From Minisyncoccota bacterium (lineage in GTDB: Bacteria; Patescibacteriota; Minisyncoccia; Phycocordibacterales; Phycocordibacteraceae): a DNA stretch of 64,000 nucleotides. The stretch is taken from the NCBI GenBank assembly GCA_018062765.1, contig JAGORR010000001.1:282173-346172 (forward strand), read 5' to 3'. The notes beneath the pieces were generated by a model that was given only the letters and a program-made list of their open reading frames with translations, was not told the DNA's origin and searched no databases. The translations under genes were made by a program, and so were the position numbers. This document shows positions 29,457 to 37,818 of the stretch, one piece after another (position 1 is the stretch's first letter; every line of letters starts with the position of its first letter).

Positions 29457-29488
29457 AGACCTGACGTTAGTCAGGTCTATTATTTTCT
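29457..29488. terminator. Bidirectional terminator between lemA (+) and a convergent small membrane ORF (-)
   Basis: agacctgacgttagtcaggtctattattttct. Confidence 0.6.
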
Positions 29489-29761
29489 CGTCGGTTTCGC
29501 ACGTCCCATGAGGACGCCAAGGAGGAGTGCGCAGCCGAGGACGAGGACAGCGGCCACGTGCCTCGCGTCATTGAGCATCGCGAGCCACTGATGCCACTCC
29601 CGTTCCCGATACGGCTCAGTGGTCTCGGTGATGCTCTGCATCGTGCGGACGAGATCAGGCCAGGTGACGGCGCCGACCGCGATAGCCGTCCCGATGAGAA
29701 TAGCCATACCGACGAGCGTGCCGACAAATGCAATTACAAACGTAAGAGCTGCGCGCTTCAT
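29480..29761 (-). CDS. Hypothetical small membrane protein
   Basis: Two TM helices; start chosen at MKRAALTFV. Confidence 0.35.
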   Translation of the reverse strand: MKRAALTFVIAFVGTLVGMAILIGTAIAVGAVTWPDLVRTMQSITETTEPYREREWHQWLAMLNDARHVAAVLVLGCALLLGVLMGRAKPTRK

Positions 29762-29826
29762 GGAACTCTCCCTCTTGTTTGCGCTTTCTAGCGGCAAGGC
29801 TAAACTTTAGCTACAAATAGTCAACC

Positions 29827-30726
29827 ATGGCAGGCGCACACCTCTACCACGAACGCTCGTCGAACCTCATAAAGACGTGGGGGTTGATGCTCGGCTTCCT
29901 TATACTCGTTATCGCGGTCGGGTTCGCTATCGCGCAGTACCTCGGTAATCCAGCCATTCTCTATATTGCGGTTGCGTTTGCGCTCATCATGAACGTGGGG
30001 AGCTACTGGTTTTCAGACAAGCTCGTACTCACGATGACGGGTGCACGGCCGGCAAGCCGTACGGAGTTCTTCGATTTCTATACGATTACTGAGAATCTCG
30101 CTATCACCGCAGGCCTTCCGATGCCAAAGCTCTATGTCATCGATGACCCAGCCCCAAACGCATTTGCGACCGGGAGAAACGAGAAGCATGCGGTCGTCGC
30201 GGCGACCACGGGACTTCTCTCGATGATGACCCGGCCGGAATTAGAGGGTGTCATCGCCCACGAGCTTTCGCACGTCAAGAATCGAGACATGCTCGTTATG
30301 ACGGTGGCGGTGGTGCTCGCGGGATTCATCGCGATAGTTGCGGACCTGTTCCTCCGGATGAGCATGCATGGAGGTGGGGACCGTGACAGCAAAGCGGGAG
30401 CGGCCCTCGCTATCGTAGCGATAGTAGGCGCAATACTAGCACCGATTGCCGCGCAGCTCATCCAGCTTGCGATATCCCGCAGGCGCGAGTATTTGGCAGA
30501 CTCATCGGGTGCCTTGCTTACCCGTTACCCTGAAGGGCTTGCCTCAGCGCTTCAAAAGATAGGTAGCTACGCGGCCCCTATGCGGCGCACTAATCACGCG
30601 ACCGCGCACCTGTTTATAGGTAATCCGTTTGGCGAGCGCGCAGGGCAGTTCGTGAATCGACTTTTCTCCACCCACCCGCCAGTAGAGGAGCGTATCAAGC
30701 GGCTTTTAGGGACTATTGACAAATAG
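29827..30726 (+). CDS. htpX: Zinc metalloprotease HtpX (M48)
   Basis: Four TMs, HELSHVKNRD (HExxH), downstream glutamate. Adjacent to lemA, a common gene pairing. Confidence 0.85.
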   Translation: MAGAHLYHERSSNLIKTWGLMLGFLILVIAVGFAIAQYLGNPAILYIAVAFALIMNVGSYWFSDKLVLTMTGARPASRTEFFDFYTITENLAITAGLPMPKLYVIDDPAPNAFATGRNEKHAVVAATTGLLSMMTRPELEGVIAHELSHVKNRDMLVMTVAVVLAGFIAIVADLFLRMSMHGGGDRDSKAGAALAIVAIVGAILAPIAAQLIQLAISRRREYLADSSGALLTRYPEGLASALQKIGSYAAPMRRTNHATAHLFIGNPFGERAGQFVNRLFSTHPPVEERIKRLLGTIDK

Positions 30727-30776
30727 GCAAATAGGTGTATTATATATACATACGCTCGTTTTAGGGAGAGAAGCAT

Positions 30777-31013
30777 ATGGCCTACATCGACAACGGACAG
30801 GCTGAGCGCCGCACGAAGATTGTGGCGTGGCGCGTGGGCAGCGAAAAGAACGCGCTGCCGCCCGGGAAGTTCCACGCAGGCGTCGACCTCCGTTTTGGCC
30901 CGCAGCTCATCGAGGGCCGCGTGACGGTCATCATCGGCGGCATTGGCTCGAGCGGCTTGCAGTACAACTCATCGGCGTTGCGGAAGCCGCACCGCCCGAA
31001 GAAGAACCACTAG
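30777..31013 (+). CDS. Hypothetical small protein (78 aa)
   Basis: GGGAGAG SD. Followed by a terminator hairpin. Confidence 0.4.
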   Translation: MAYIDNGQAERRTKIVAWRVGSEKNALPPGKFHAGVDLRFGPQLIEGRVTVIIGGIGSSGLQYNSSALRKPHRPKKNH

Positions 31014-31032
31014 GTCCTTCGCCCCTGAAGTT

Positions 31033-31065
31033 AACGGCGCCTCCTAAGGCGCCGTTTTCATTTCC
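31033..31065 (+). terminator. Intrinsic terminator
   Basis: aacggcgcctcctaaggcgccgttttcatttcc. Confidence 0.55.
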
Positions 31066-31141
31066 CATGCCGAGTTCCCTTTTAATCGCTGATGCCCAGA
31101 AAAGTGCAGATGGGCAGCCTGCGTGATATAAAACGTCAACA

Positions 31142-31229
31142 CGGAGAGGTGGCTGAGTGGTCTAAAGCACTACCTTGGAAAGGTAGCGTCTGGGAAACTG
31201 GACCGCGAGTTCGAATCTCGCCCTCTCCG
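31142..31229 (+). tRNA. tRNA-Ser (anticodon GGA), long variable arm, CCA not encoded
   Basis: GGAGAGG acceptor, D-arm GCTGAGTGGTCTAAAGC, anticodon loop cTTGGAAa, T-arm GCGAGTTCGAATCTCGC. Confidence 0.85.
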
Positions 31230-31309
31230 CTCGGAATAGGAAAGGGAACGCGAAAGCGTTCCCTTTCCGCTATCCGCCTAAGGCGAGAAGAGAGGAGTAC
31301 AATACCTCC

Positions 31310-31501
31310 ATGGATCTCAACAAGATAAAAAGCGAGGTAGCGTGGTTTACGACTGAAGTACGCAACAACGAGCAGGACGTAACACGAGCCGAGAGAGCCC
31401 TCGAAGATGCGAAGCGCAAACTCGAGGGGAACAAGCGAAAGCTCGAAGGGTTCGAGCGTGATGCTGAGCGAGCGGAACGCGAACAGAAGCAGACCGCGTA
31501 G
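31310..31501 (+). CDS. Hypothetical small coiled-coil protein (63 aa)
   Basis: GAGAGGAG SD. Charged heptad-like repeats (KRKLEGNKRKLEG). Confidence 0.4.
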   Translation: MDLNKIKSEVAWFTTEVRNNEQDVTRAERALEDAKRKLEGNKRKLEGFERDAERAEREQKQTA

Positions 31502-31532
31502 CTCTAAATTGGTCTGTGCTAGCATACCGGCC

Positions 31533-32202
31533 ATGCGTATTGCCGTAGTCGAGGACGAACGCGACCTTGCGAACGCCCTTTCTCGCGGCTTATCTGCAGA
31601 GGGACACGAGGTCGAGCTGTACCACACGGCGACCATTGCCTCTTCAGAGCTCGAAAGGGATGGTAATCAGTATGACCTCATCATGCTCGACCTCATGCTG
31701 CCGGACGGCGACGGCAAGGATGTCTGTACGGGCATGCGGGAAGCAGGAATCACAACGCCCGTGCTCGTGCTCACGGCGCGCGACTCGGTTGATGACCGGG
31801 TGGAGCTGCTTGACCGAGGTGCCGATGATTTTCTAGGGAAACCTTTTAGTTTTGAAGAGCTCCTTGCGCGCGCGTGCCTTGTCGCGTCGCGGCTCCTCTG
31901 CCGATGACACGGAGCTCGTATTTGGCGAGCTACGCATTCTTCCTGCACGCCGGCTCGCCTACCGCGCGGACGACGAGCTTTCGCTTACGCCGCGCGAGTT
32001 TGACCTCCTCCATCACCTCGTCCGGAACCGCGATCGTGTTATTGACCGAGGCGAGCTCATGGCGAAAGTCTGGCGCGGGGAGCCGAGCCATACAAATGTT
32101 GTTGATGTGCATGTGCGTAAGTTGCGTCTGAAGGTGGATGAAGGTAGGGAAACGAAGTACATACGTACCATCCATGGCATTGGGTATACCATCGCTGACT
32201 AA
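31533..32202 (+). pseudogene. OmpR-family response regulator interrupted by a -1/+1 frameshift inside a (GC)n repeat. Receiver domain in frame 0 (31533..31907), winged-helix DNA-binding domain in frame +1 (to 32202).
   Basis: MRIAVVEDERDLANALSRGL...LIMLDLMLPDGDG...DDFLGKPFSFEELLARA is then out of frame. The other frame reads RALSRRGSSADDTELVFGELRILPARR...LTPREFDLLHHL...IRTIHGIGYTIAD. Shift at ttgcgcgcgcgtgcc (31863-31877). Confidence 0.6.
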
Positions 32203-33157
32203 AGCGCTTCGGGACCCGTTCGTACGGGCGCGCGTCCGCACGACGGCGCTCTATTTCGTCTTGATGTTCGTCATCCTTTCGGCGTCTGGTTACGTACTCG
32301 ATTCCGTGCTGCGGGACATACTAGCCGAGGCAGATCTGTCAGGCTCGAGATTTGAACATGAAAAGCTCGCTGACAGGATAGAGCGTATACGCCTCATTCT
32401 CAGGTTTGTAAATATCGCCGTATTCACTGCGAGCGCTTATATCCTCATCGGTATCACGTTCGCGCCGGTCCGAAAGCTTATCGAGGCGCAGAAGCGGTTC
32501 ATCGCGAACGTATCGCATGAGCTTAAGACGCCGCTTGCGACGCTTCGTACCGAGGTTGAGGTCGCGCTCAGGCATCCCGCATCTCTCTCGCGCGAAGAGG
32601 CAATAGCACTTCTTGCGAAGAGCGTCGAGCGCGCAGAGCATGTCTCACGCGTTATTCAGTTCTTCCGTCTCATGGCCGACTACGCTTCTCCTCAGGAATT
32701 TGCGATAGATACGGTATTTCCGCTTTCCGCTCCGGTACGCGCTGCGATAGCACAGCTTGAACAGAAAGCAGATGCGAAGGATGTATCCATAGTGACCGCA
32801 TTTTCAGGCGAGGAGGCACGCATCCTTGGTAACCAACTCGCGATAGAGAAGCTTGCACTCAACCTCGTGCGCAACGCGATAACGTATGCGCCTTCTGGGA
32901 CTGCCGTTAACGTGACGTTACTGAGTACCGAACAGACGGTCGAATTCTCTGTTCGAGATCACGGGCCGGGCATCGAAGCGAAAGACCTTAAGCGCATTTT
33001 CGAGCCGTTTGAACGGGGGACGCATGCCGCAAGCGGGGGGTCGGGGCTCGGTCTCTCGATAGTCCGCGAAGTCGCGCGACTGCATAACGCGAGCCTCACA
33101 GTGTCGAGCGAGCCTGGAGAGGGCGCTCTGTTCAGGGTCGTATTTACGCGCGCGTGA
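32174..33157 (+). CDS. Sensor histidine kinase (HisKA + HATPase_c)
   Basis: Two N-terminal TMs. H-box NVSHELKTPLATL, N-box LVRNAITYAP, G-boxes DHGPGI...GGSGLGLSIV. Overlaps the regulator 3' end. Confidence 0.8.
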   Translation: MALGIPSLTKALRDPFVRARVRTTALYFVLMFVILSASGYVLDSVLRDILAEADLSGSRFEHEKLADRIERIRLILRFVNIAVFTASAYILIGITFAPVRKLIEAQKRFIANVSHELKTPLATLRTEVEVALRHPASLSREEAIALLAKSVERAEHVSRVIQFFRLMADYASPQEFAIDTVFPLSAPVRAAIAQLEQKADAKDVSIVTAFSGEEARILGNQLAIEKLALNLVRNAITYAPSGTAVNVTLLSTEQTVEFSVRDHGPGIEAKDLKRIFEPFERGTHAASGGSGLGLSIVREVARLHNASLTVSSEPGEGALFRVVFTRA

Positions 33158-33185
33158 GCCCCGAGATTAGCTCTATACTCTCTCT

Positions 33186-33650
33186 ATGAATCTGTCTTAC
33201 TGGCTGCTACTTGCTGCGGTGGGACTTGCAGTAGTTGGCGCCAGTTTCCTGGTGCTTGGTAGGGCTAATCCGGAAGCAGTCACGGTCGAGTCTGCTTCCC
33301 TATCGGACATGCAGATTGAGATTGCAGACACCAATGCGGCTCGCGTTCAGGGACTATCCGGCAGGTCAGCACTTGCGGATGACTACGGCATGCTGTTTGT
33401 GTTTGAGGATGTCGGCCGATACGGCTTTTGGATGAAGGATATGTACTTAGTAATCGATATCATTTGGATAAAGGACAACGGGGAGATTGTTGGCATTGAA
33501 AGGGAGGTCAGCCCAGAGACGTACCCAACTGTCTTTTATCCTCCTGAGCCTGTCCGATATGTCCTAGAAATAGCCGGGGGCTCAGCAGAGCGCCGAGGCT
33601 TTTTGGTAGGGGCGCGCATCAATGTTGGCGCGGCCATTGAAAAAAACTAG
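33186..33650 (+). CDS. DUF192-domain protein
   Basis: N-terminal TM. ...LADDYGMLFVF..GFWMKDMYLVIDIIWI (DUF192/COG1430-like). Confidence 0.65.
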   Translation: MNLSYWLLLAAVGLAVVGASFLVLGRANPEAVTVESASLSDMQIEIADTNAARVQGLSGRSALADDYGMLFVFEDVGRYGFWMKDMYLVIDIIWIKDNGEIVGIEREVSPETYPTVFYPPEPVRYVLEIAGGSAERRGFLVGARINVGAAIEKN

Positions 33651-33750
33651 GAACGTTTTGCGCTCCACTGTCCACAGTGGCAACTGGATGTTGCGGGAGT
33701 AAAATTCGTTCATACCCCTCTCAGCCGCTTATTCCTAGACTGCTCTTACT

Positions 33751-36120
33751 ATGTCGAAAACCTCGAAAACTGCCGTTCGTGCCGCTGCCGCTAAGACCGC
33801 TTCTGCGGCAGTAGTCGAGGAATCGAAGGAGACAAAGCGATATCGCGAAGTCATCCCGCAAATAGAGAAGCGGGACGGCCGCATCGTGCCCTTCTCCTTC
33901 GAGAAGATTGTTTCTGCGATACACAAGGCCATGAACGCCGAAGGCGAGGGCAGCCAGGAGGAAGCAGTGCTCGTTGCGCACCAGGTGGCAGGCGAGCTTG
34001 CCCGTTTTGCAAAGAAGTACAAGAATTTTCTTCCTACCGTCGAGGGTATGCAGGATGCTGTTGAGAAACACCTCATCATCAACGACTACGTTAAGGCGGC
34101 CAAGGGATTCATCCTCTACCGCGATAAGCGTGCTCAGCTCCGGAGCGCCCAGATTGAGATACCGGCGGAAGTTAGGAAGCTTGCCGACGAGAGCAAGTCC
34201 TATTTCAAGAACAACGCACTTGGCGAATTCGTCTACCTGCGTTCCTACTCGAAGTGGGTTCCGGGCGAAGGACGTCGCGAGACTTGGGTTGAGACCGTGG
34301 ACCGGTACATGGCCTTCATGCGCGAGAATTTAGGTGCCAAGCTTTCCGATAAGGAGTATGCGGAAGTACGCACCGCGATTCTTAGACAAGAGGTGATGCC
34401 GTCTATGCGTCTCATGCAATTCTCGGGTGACGCAGCGCGCACCTCAAATGTGTGCGCCTATAACTGCTCCTACATATCTCCATCGAAGCTCGAGGACTTC
34501 GCCGAGATTATGTATATCTCCATGTGCGGTACGGGCGTTGGGTACTCGGTCGAGAGCCAGAGCGTGCAGGCACTTCCGCAGATTGCGTACCAGTCCGGAG
34601 ATAAGCTCGAGACGCATGTCATTGCAGACTCGAAGGAGGGATGGTGCGACGCGTTGACCTTAGGCCTCAAGACCTGGTACGCGGGAAAGGATGTCGAGTT
34701 CGATTTCTCGCAGATTCGTCCTGCTGGCGCGCGCCTTAAGACCATGGGCGGGAAGGCCTCAGGCCCTGAGCCTTTGCGTTCCCTTCTCTCGTTCGCTCGC
34801 TCGCGCATCATCGAGCGCCAGGGTCGCCGTCTCCGGAATATCGATGCGCACGACATGATCTGCAAGATAGGTGAGTGCGTGGTCGCTGGCGGCGTACGTC
34901 GCTCTGCGATGATTTCACTTTCCGACCTCGACGACGATCAGGTACGGGACGCAAAGAAGGGTGAGTTCTGGAACACGAACCCCCAGCGCTCTATCGCAAA
35001 CAACTCTGCTATCTACATGGAGAAGCCGTCGAACACGGAGTTCATGGACGAGTGGATTGCGCTCATGAAGTCGGGTTCTGGAGAGCGCGGCATATTTAAC
35101 CGTGGCGGGCTCATCACTCAGCTTCCGAAGCGTCGTATCGATTTCTGGGAGAAGACTGGATACGTAAAAAATGGTCGCGTCACAGGGCCTGCCGGAACGA
35201 ATCCATGCGGCGAGATTATTCTGAAATCGAAGCAGTTCTGCAACCTATCAGAAGTCATCGCGCGTGCCGAGGACACGAAGGAATCCTTGATTCGTAAGGC
35301 GCGCATCGCGACTATCCTCGGTACCTACCAGTCGACCCTGACGAAGCTTCCGTACCTTTCCAAGGAGTGGACGGAGAACTGCGAGGCGGAACGACTGCTT
35401 GGTGTTTCCATTACCGGACAGTGGGATTCGAAGGAGGTGCGCGACGAAGCGACCCTCGAGGCGATGCGAGAGGAAACTATTAAAACGAACACAAAGTACG
35501 CAAAGAAGTTCGGCGTGAACGCGTCAACTGCGATAACCTGCGTGAAGCCGTCAGGCACTGTATCGCAGACCTTCGATGTTGCTTCTGGCATGCATCCGCG
35601 CCACGCTCCGTACTACATCCGCCGCGTGCGCATCAGCGCAACGGATTCCCTCTTCAAGTTCATGCGCGATCAGGGCGTGCCGTATTTCCCAGAAGTAGGG
35701 CAGTCAGAAGAGACGGCCAATATATTCGTTCTCGAGTTCCCGGTGCAGGCGCCAAAGAATGCCATTTGCCGCGATGACATCTCGGCGCTCGACCAGCTTG
35801 CGCACTGGAAGCTCGTGAAGGAGCACTTCACCGAGCACAACCCATCAGTCACGATATCGGTGGGTGACGACGAGTGGATAGAGGTCGCGAACTGGGTTTA
35901 CAAGAACTGGGAGATCGTGGGAGGCCTCTCATTCCTTCCGCGTGAGAATTACGTCTATCGCCTGGCCCCATACGAGGCAATAAGCAAAGAAGAGTACGAG
36001 CGTCGCACGAAGAACTTCCCGGCGGTCGACTACGCGAAGCTCATGCTCTACGAGCGCCAGGACGAGACCGAACAGAAGAAGGAACTCGCCTGCGTCTCAG
36101 GCACGTGCGAGATTGTGTAG
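33751..36120 (+). CDS. nrdJ: Class II (adenosylcobalamin-dependent) ribonucleotide reductase with N-terminal ATP-cone
   Basis: ATP-cone (VIPQIEKRDGRIVPFSFEKIVSAIHKA...). Catalytic NPCGEIIL motif typical of class II. C-terminal Cys pair CVSGTCEIV. No nrdB-like gene nearby. Confidence 0.8.
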   Translation: MSKTSKTAVRAAAAKTASAAVVEESKETKRYREVIPQIEKRDGRIVPFSFEKIVSAIHKAMNAEGEGSQEEAVLVAHQVAGELARFAKKYKNFLPTVEGMQDAVEKHLIINDYVKAAKGFILYRDKRAQLRSAQIEIPAEVRKLADESKSYFKNNALGEFVYLRSYSKWVPGEGRRETWVETVDRYMAFMRENLGAKLSDKEYAEVRTAILRQEVMPSMRLMQFSGDAARTSNVCAYNCSYISPSKLEDFAEIMYISMCGTGVGYSVESQSVQALPQIAYQSGDKLETHVIADSKEGWCDALTLGLKTWYAGKDVEFDFSQIRPAGARLKTMGGKASGPEPLRSLLSFARSRIIERQGRRLRNIDAHDMICKIGECVVAGGVRRSAMISLSDLDDDQVRDAKKGEFWNTNPQRSIANNSAIYMEKPSNTEFMDEWIALMKSGSGERGIFNRGGLITQLPKRRIDFWEKTGYVKNGRVTGPAGTNPCGEIILKSKQFCNLSEVIARAEDTKESLIRKARIATILGTYQSTLTKLPYLSKEWTENCEAERLLGVSITGQWDSKEVRDEATLEAMREETIKTNTKYAKKFGVNASTAITCVKPSGTVSQTFDVASGMHPRHAPYYIRRVRISATDSLFKFMRDQGVPYFPEVGQSEETANIFVLEFPVQAPKNAICRDDISALDQLAHWKLVKEHFTEHNPSVTISVGDDEWIEVANWVYKNWEIVGGLSFLPRENYVYRLAPYEAISKEEYERRTKNFPAVDYAKLMLYERQDETEQKKELACVSGTCEIV

Positions 36121-36141
36121 CAGTTACCAAACAGAAGTAGC

Positions 36142-36174
36142 AAAGCCCCTCCGGAGAGGGGCTTTGGCGTTGTT
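36142..36174. terminator. Bidirectional terminator between nrdJ (+) and a convergent gene (-)
   Basis: aaagcccctccggagaggggctttggcgttgtt. Confidence 0.55.
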
Positions 36175-36182
36175 CCCGGCGG

Positions 36183-36959
36183 CTATGTGAGGAACGAGGT
36201 CTTGGGGTCATACTTCTCGTGGTATGGCGCATCGATGAAATCGAGCGCTACCGCAAGGTCGGCCTCATGAAAGGCAGTGAATCGGCCCTGCGCATCCCAT
36301 TTGCCCTTTCCCACATCATGAAGGTAGCGGCGACCGTCGAACACCGCGATGTCACCAGGCTCGATGTCGACTGTCCGCACCGTAAACCCGCGAGCAATCA
36401 TGCGCGACGCCACCGTGTGTGCCGTGAGTGCGCGAGGGTCCTCCCCCTCCTTCGCGACTGCGCGCGCAGCTTCCTCTATCGGGGTATCCGCGTATCGAAA
36501 CGTGCGCGCGATGTATGCAGCGACGTTCATATAGATTTGCGGATTCTCGCCAGGGAAGTCACTGAGCGAGCTTCCCGGCCAGTCGAAATGGAAGTTCGAC
36601 TGCTCAACATCGGTCCCCGGGTGAGTGCTCGAAGCGCGCGCCTCGTCGAATTTAAGCGCGCGAAGCATGATGCCAGAACCCCGAAGCCCCTGCTCGATGC
36701 TTTCGACGAGCGTGGTCGTAGCATGGGCCACGTGGCGCAGATGCTCTCGCTGGGAAGCGGATAGGGGTCGCGCTAGGTCCGTACGTCTCTCGCCGCGAAG
36801 CGTGGTGAGTAGTTCCTTGTTCCGCATTTCGCGCATCTCTCGTATGACAACCGAGGCGTTCGGCGAGAAGTAGAAGTTCGTCGCACGAATTACATGGATG
36901 CCCTTACTGAGGTCGAGCGCACGAATGTCTACCGGCCAGCTATGGGTAATCACAGGCAT
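36183..36959 (-). CDS. Hypothetical protein (no recognised domain). The ORF extends to a GTG at 37052; an ATG at 36959 is the more likely start.
   Basis: Coding-like composition, 258 aa from MPVITHSWPVD. Confidence 0.45.
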   Translation of the reverse strand: MPVITHSWPVDIRALDLSKGIHVIRATNFYFSPNASVVIREMREMRNKELLTTLRGERRTDLARPLSASQREHLRHVAHATTTLVESIEQGLRGSGIMLRALKFDEARASSTHPGTDVEQSNFHFDWPGSSLSDFPGENPQIYMNVAAYIARTFRYADTPIEEAARAVAKEGEDPRALTAHTVASRMIARGFTVRTVDIEPGDIAVFDGRRYLHDVGKGKWDAQGRFTAFHEADLAVALDFIDAPYHEKYDPKTSFLT

Positions 36960-37038
36960 AAGGTACTCCTTCTTGGATGAAACTGAAATAATTATGCAAT
37001 ATTTATCGAATATACGCAAAGAGGGGCCAGGGGCGGCA

Positions 37039-37074
37039 ATGAGAAATGCCACCGTAGGGTGGCATTTCTCATTA
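37039..37074. promoter_or_regulatory. Perfect 16-bp inverted repeat with 4-nt loop in the upstream region of the 36183..36959 gene
   Basis: aatgagaaatgccacc gtag ggtggcatttctcatt. Not followed by a U-tract on either strand. Confidence 0.4.
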
Positions 37075-37184
37075 GTTCCGGGACCAGGGCGATAAGCCGG
37101 GTTCTGTCGATTGTCGCGGCGATTTCCGCGACTCGAACGATCATCTATCTGGGATGATGCTTGCGCATCACCTCGAGCGGCGCT

Positions 37185-37282
37185 CCGCGCACCTTTCTAC
37201 GTTCGATGGGATTCCAACCGCGGTACGGCCGATACGGGCCATGCGAAGCTAGTCTCTGCGTCGAGCGCAAGAAGGTGCGCGG
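37185..37282. repeat. Palindromic repeat module A (98 bp) with ~21-bp imperfect terminal inverted repeats
   Basis: ccgcgcacctttctacgttcgatggg...tcgagcgcaagaaggtgcgcgg. The ends are inverse complements (17/21). An inner helix cguucga/ucgagcg is also possible. Confidence 0.6.
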
Positions 37283-37434
37283 CACGGCCTTGCATCGGGG
37301 TAAGGATTTAGCCGTTTCATTCCTGCCTTGCGGCAGGCCCATTCCGGAAACCGGAATTCGTAGCCTTTCGGCGTCCGACGTTTCTGCTCGCACCTCGCGC
37401 CTTTCGGCGGACGGGGATTACCCGCTACCTTTCT

Positions 37435-37531
37435 CCGAGCACCTTTCTACGTTCGAGAGATACCTTGGCTTCGATGCCCAGCTAGGGCATATAGACGTAG
37501 GGTAGTTACACAAACGCACAAAGGTGCTCGG
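37435..37531. repeat. Palindromic repeat module B (97 bp): shares the terminal arms of module A with a different core
   Basis: ccgagcacctttctacgttcgagagataccttggcttcgatgcccagctagggcatatagacgtag...aaaggtgctcgg. Nested inverted repeats ctacgt/acgtag and atgccc/gggcat. Confidence 0.55.
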
Positions 37532-37548
37532 CGATGTCCGGACTTTCC

Positions 37549-37647
37549 TCCGCGCACCTTTCTACGTTCGACGGGATTCCAACCGTGGCATAGCCGATGT
37601 GGGCCATACGAAGCTAGTCTCTGCATCGAGCGCAAAAAGGTGCGCGG
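37549..37647. repeat. Palindromic repeat module A' (99 bp), roughly 90% identical to module A (by eye)
   Basis: ccgcgcacctttctacgttcgacgggattccaaccgtggcatagccgatgtgggccatacgaagctagtctctgcatcgagcgcaaaaaggtgcgcgg. Confidence 0.6.
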
Positions 37648-37818
37648 CGATCGTCTTGCCTGGTCCAAGGATATAGTACCACAAAAAGGCAGTTTTGCCA
37701 GGTTCATCGACTACACTACGACACAAAAATCGCTTTCAACAGAGACTGCTCCCGCAGCTCAGCACGCCGAGTTATACTTATCGCCATTACTGGGAAGCTA
37801 AGGAGAGAGTTACGACAC

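Noticed and set aside
31092-31328. 78-aa + strand ORF
   Set aside because: Overlaps tRNA-Ser(GGA) almost entirely.
33651-33750. Cobalamin riboswitch or NrdR box upstream of the class II RNR gene
   Set aside because: Only ~100 bp intergenic; no B12-box (GCCACUG-like) or NrdR-box palindrome seen.
37185-37647. CRISPR array hypothesis for the repeat region
   Set aside because: Repeats are ~100 bp, imperfect, internally palindromic and irregularly spaced (250 and 114 bp offsets). No short identical direct repeats with unique spacers and no cas genes.
37111-37707. Four 66-114 aa ORFs on both strands sharing 'PRTFLRS...RKKVRG'
   Set aside because: They lie in the palindromic repeat modules. Similarity on both strands is produced by the DNA inverted repeats, substitutions between copies are non-synonymous, and composition is Arg-rich wrong-frame. 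Treated as non-coding.
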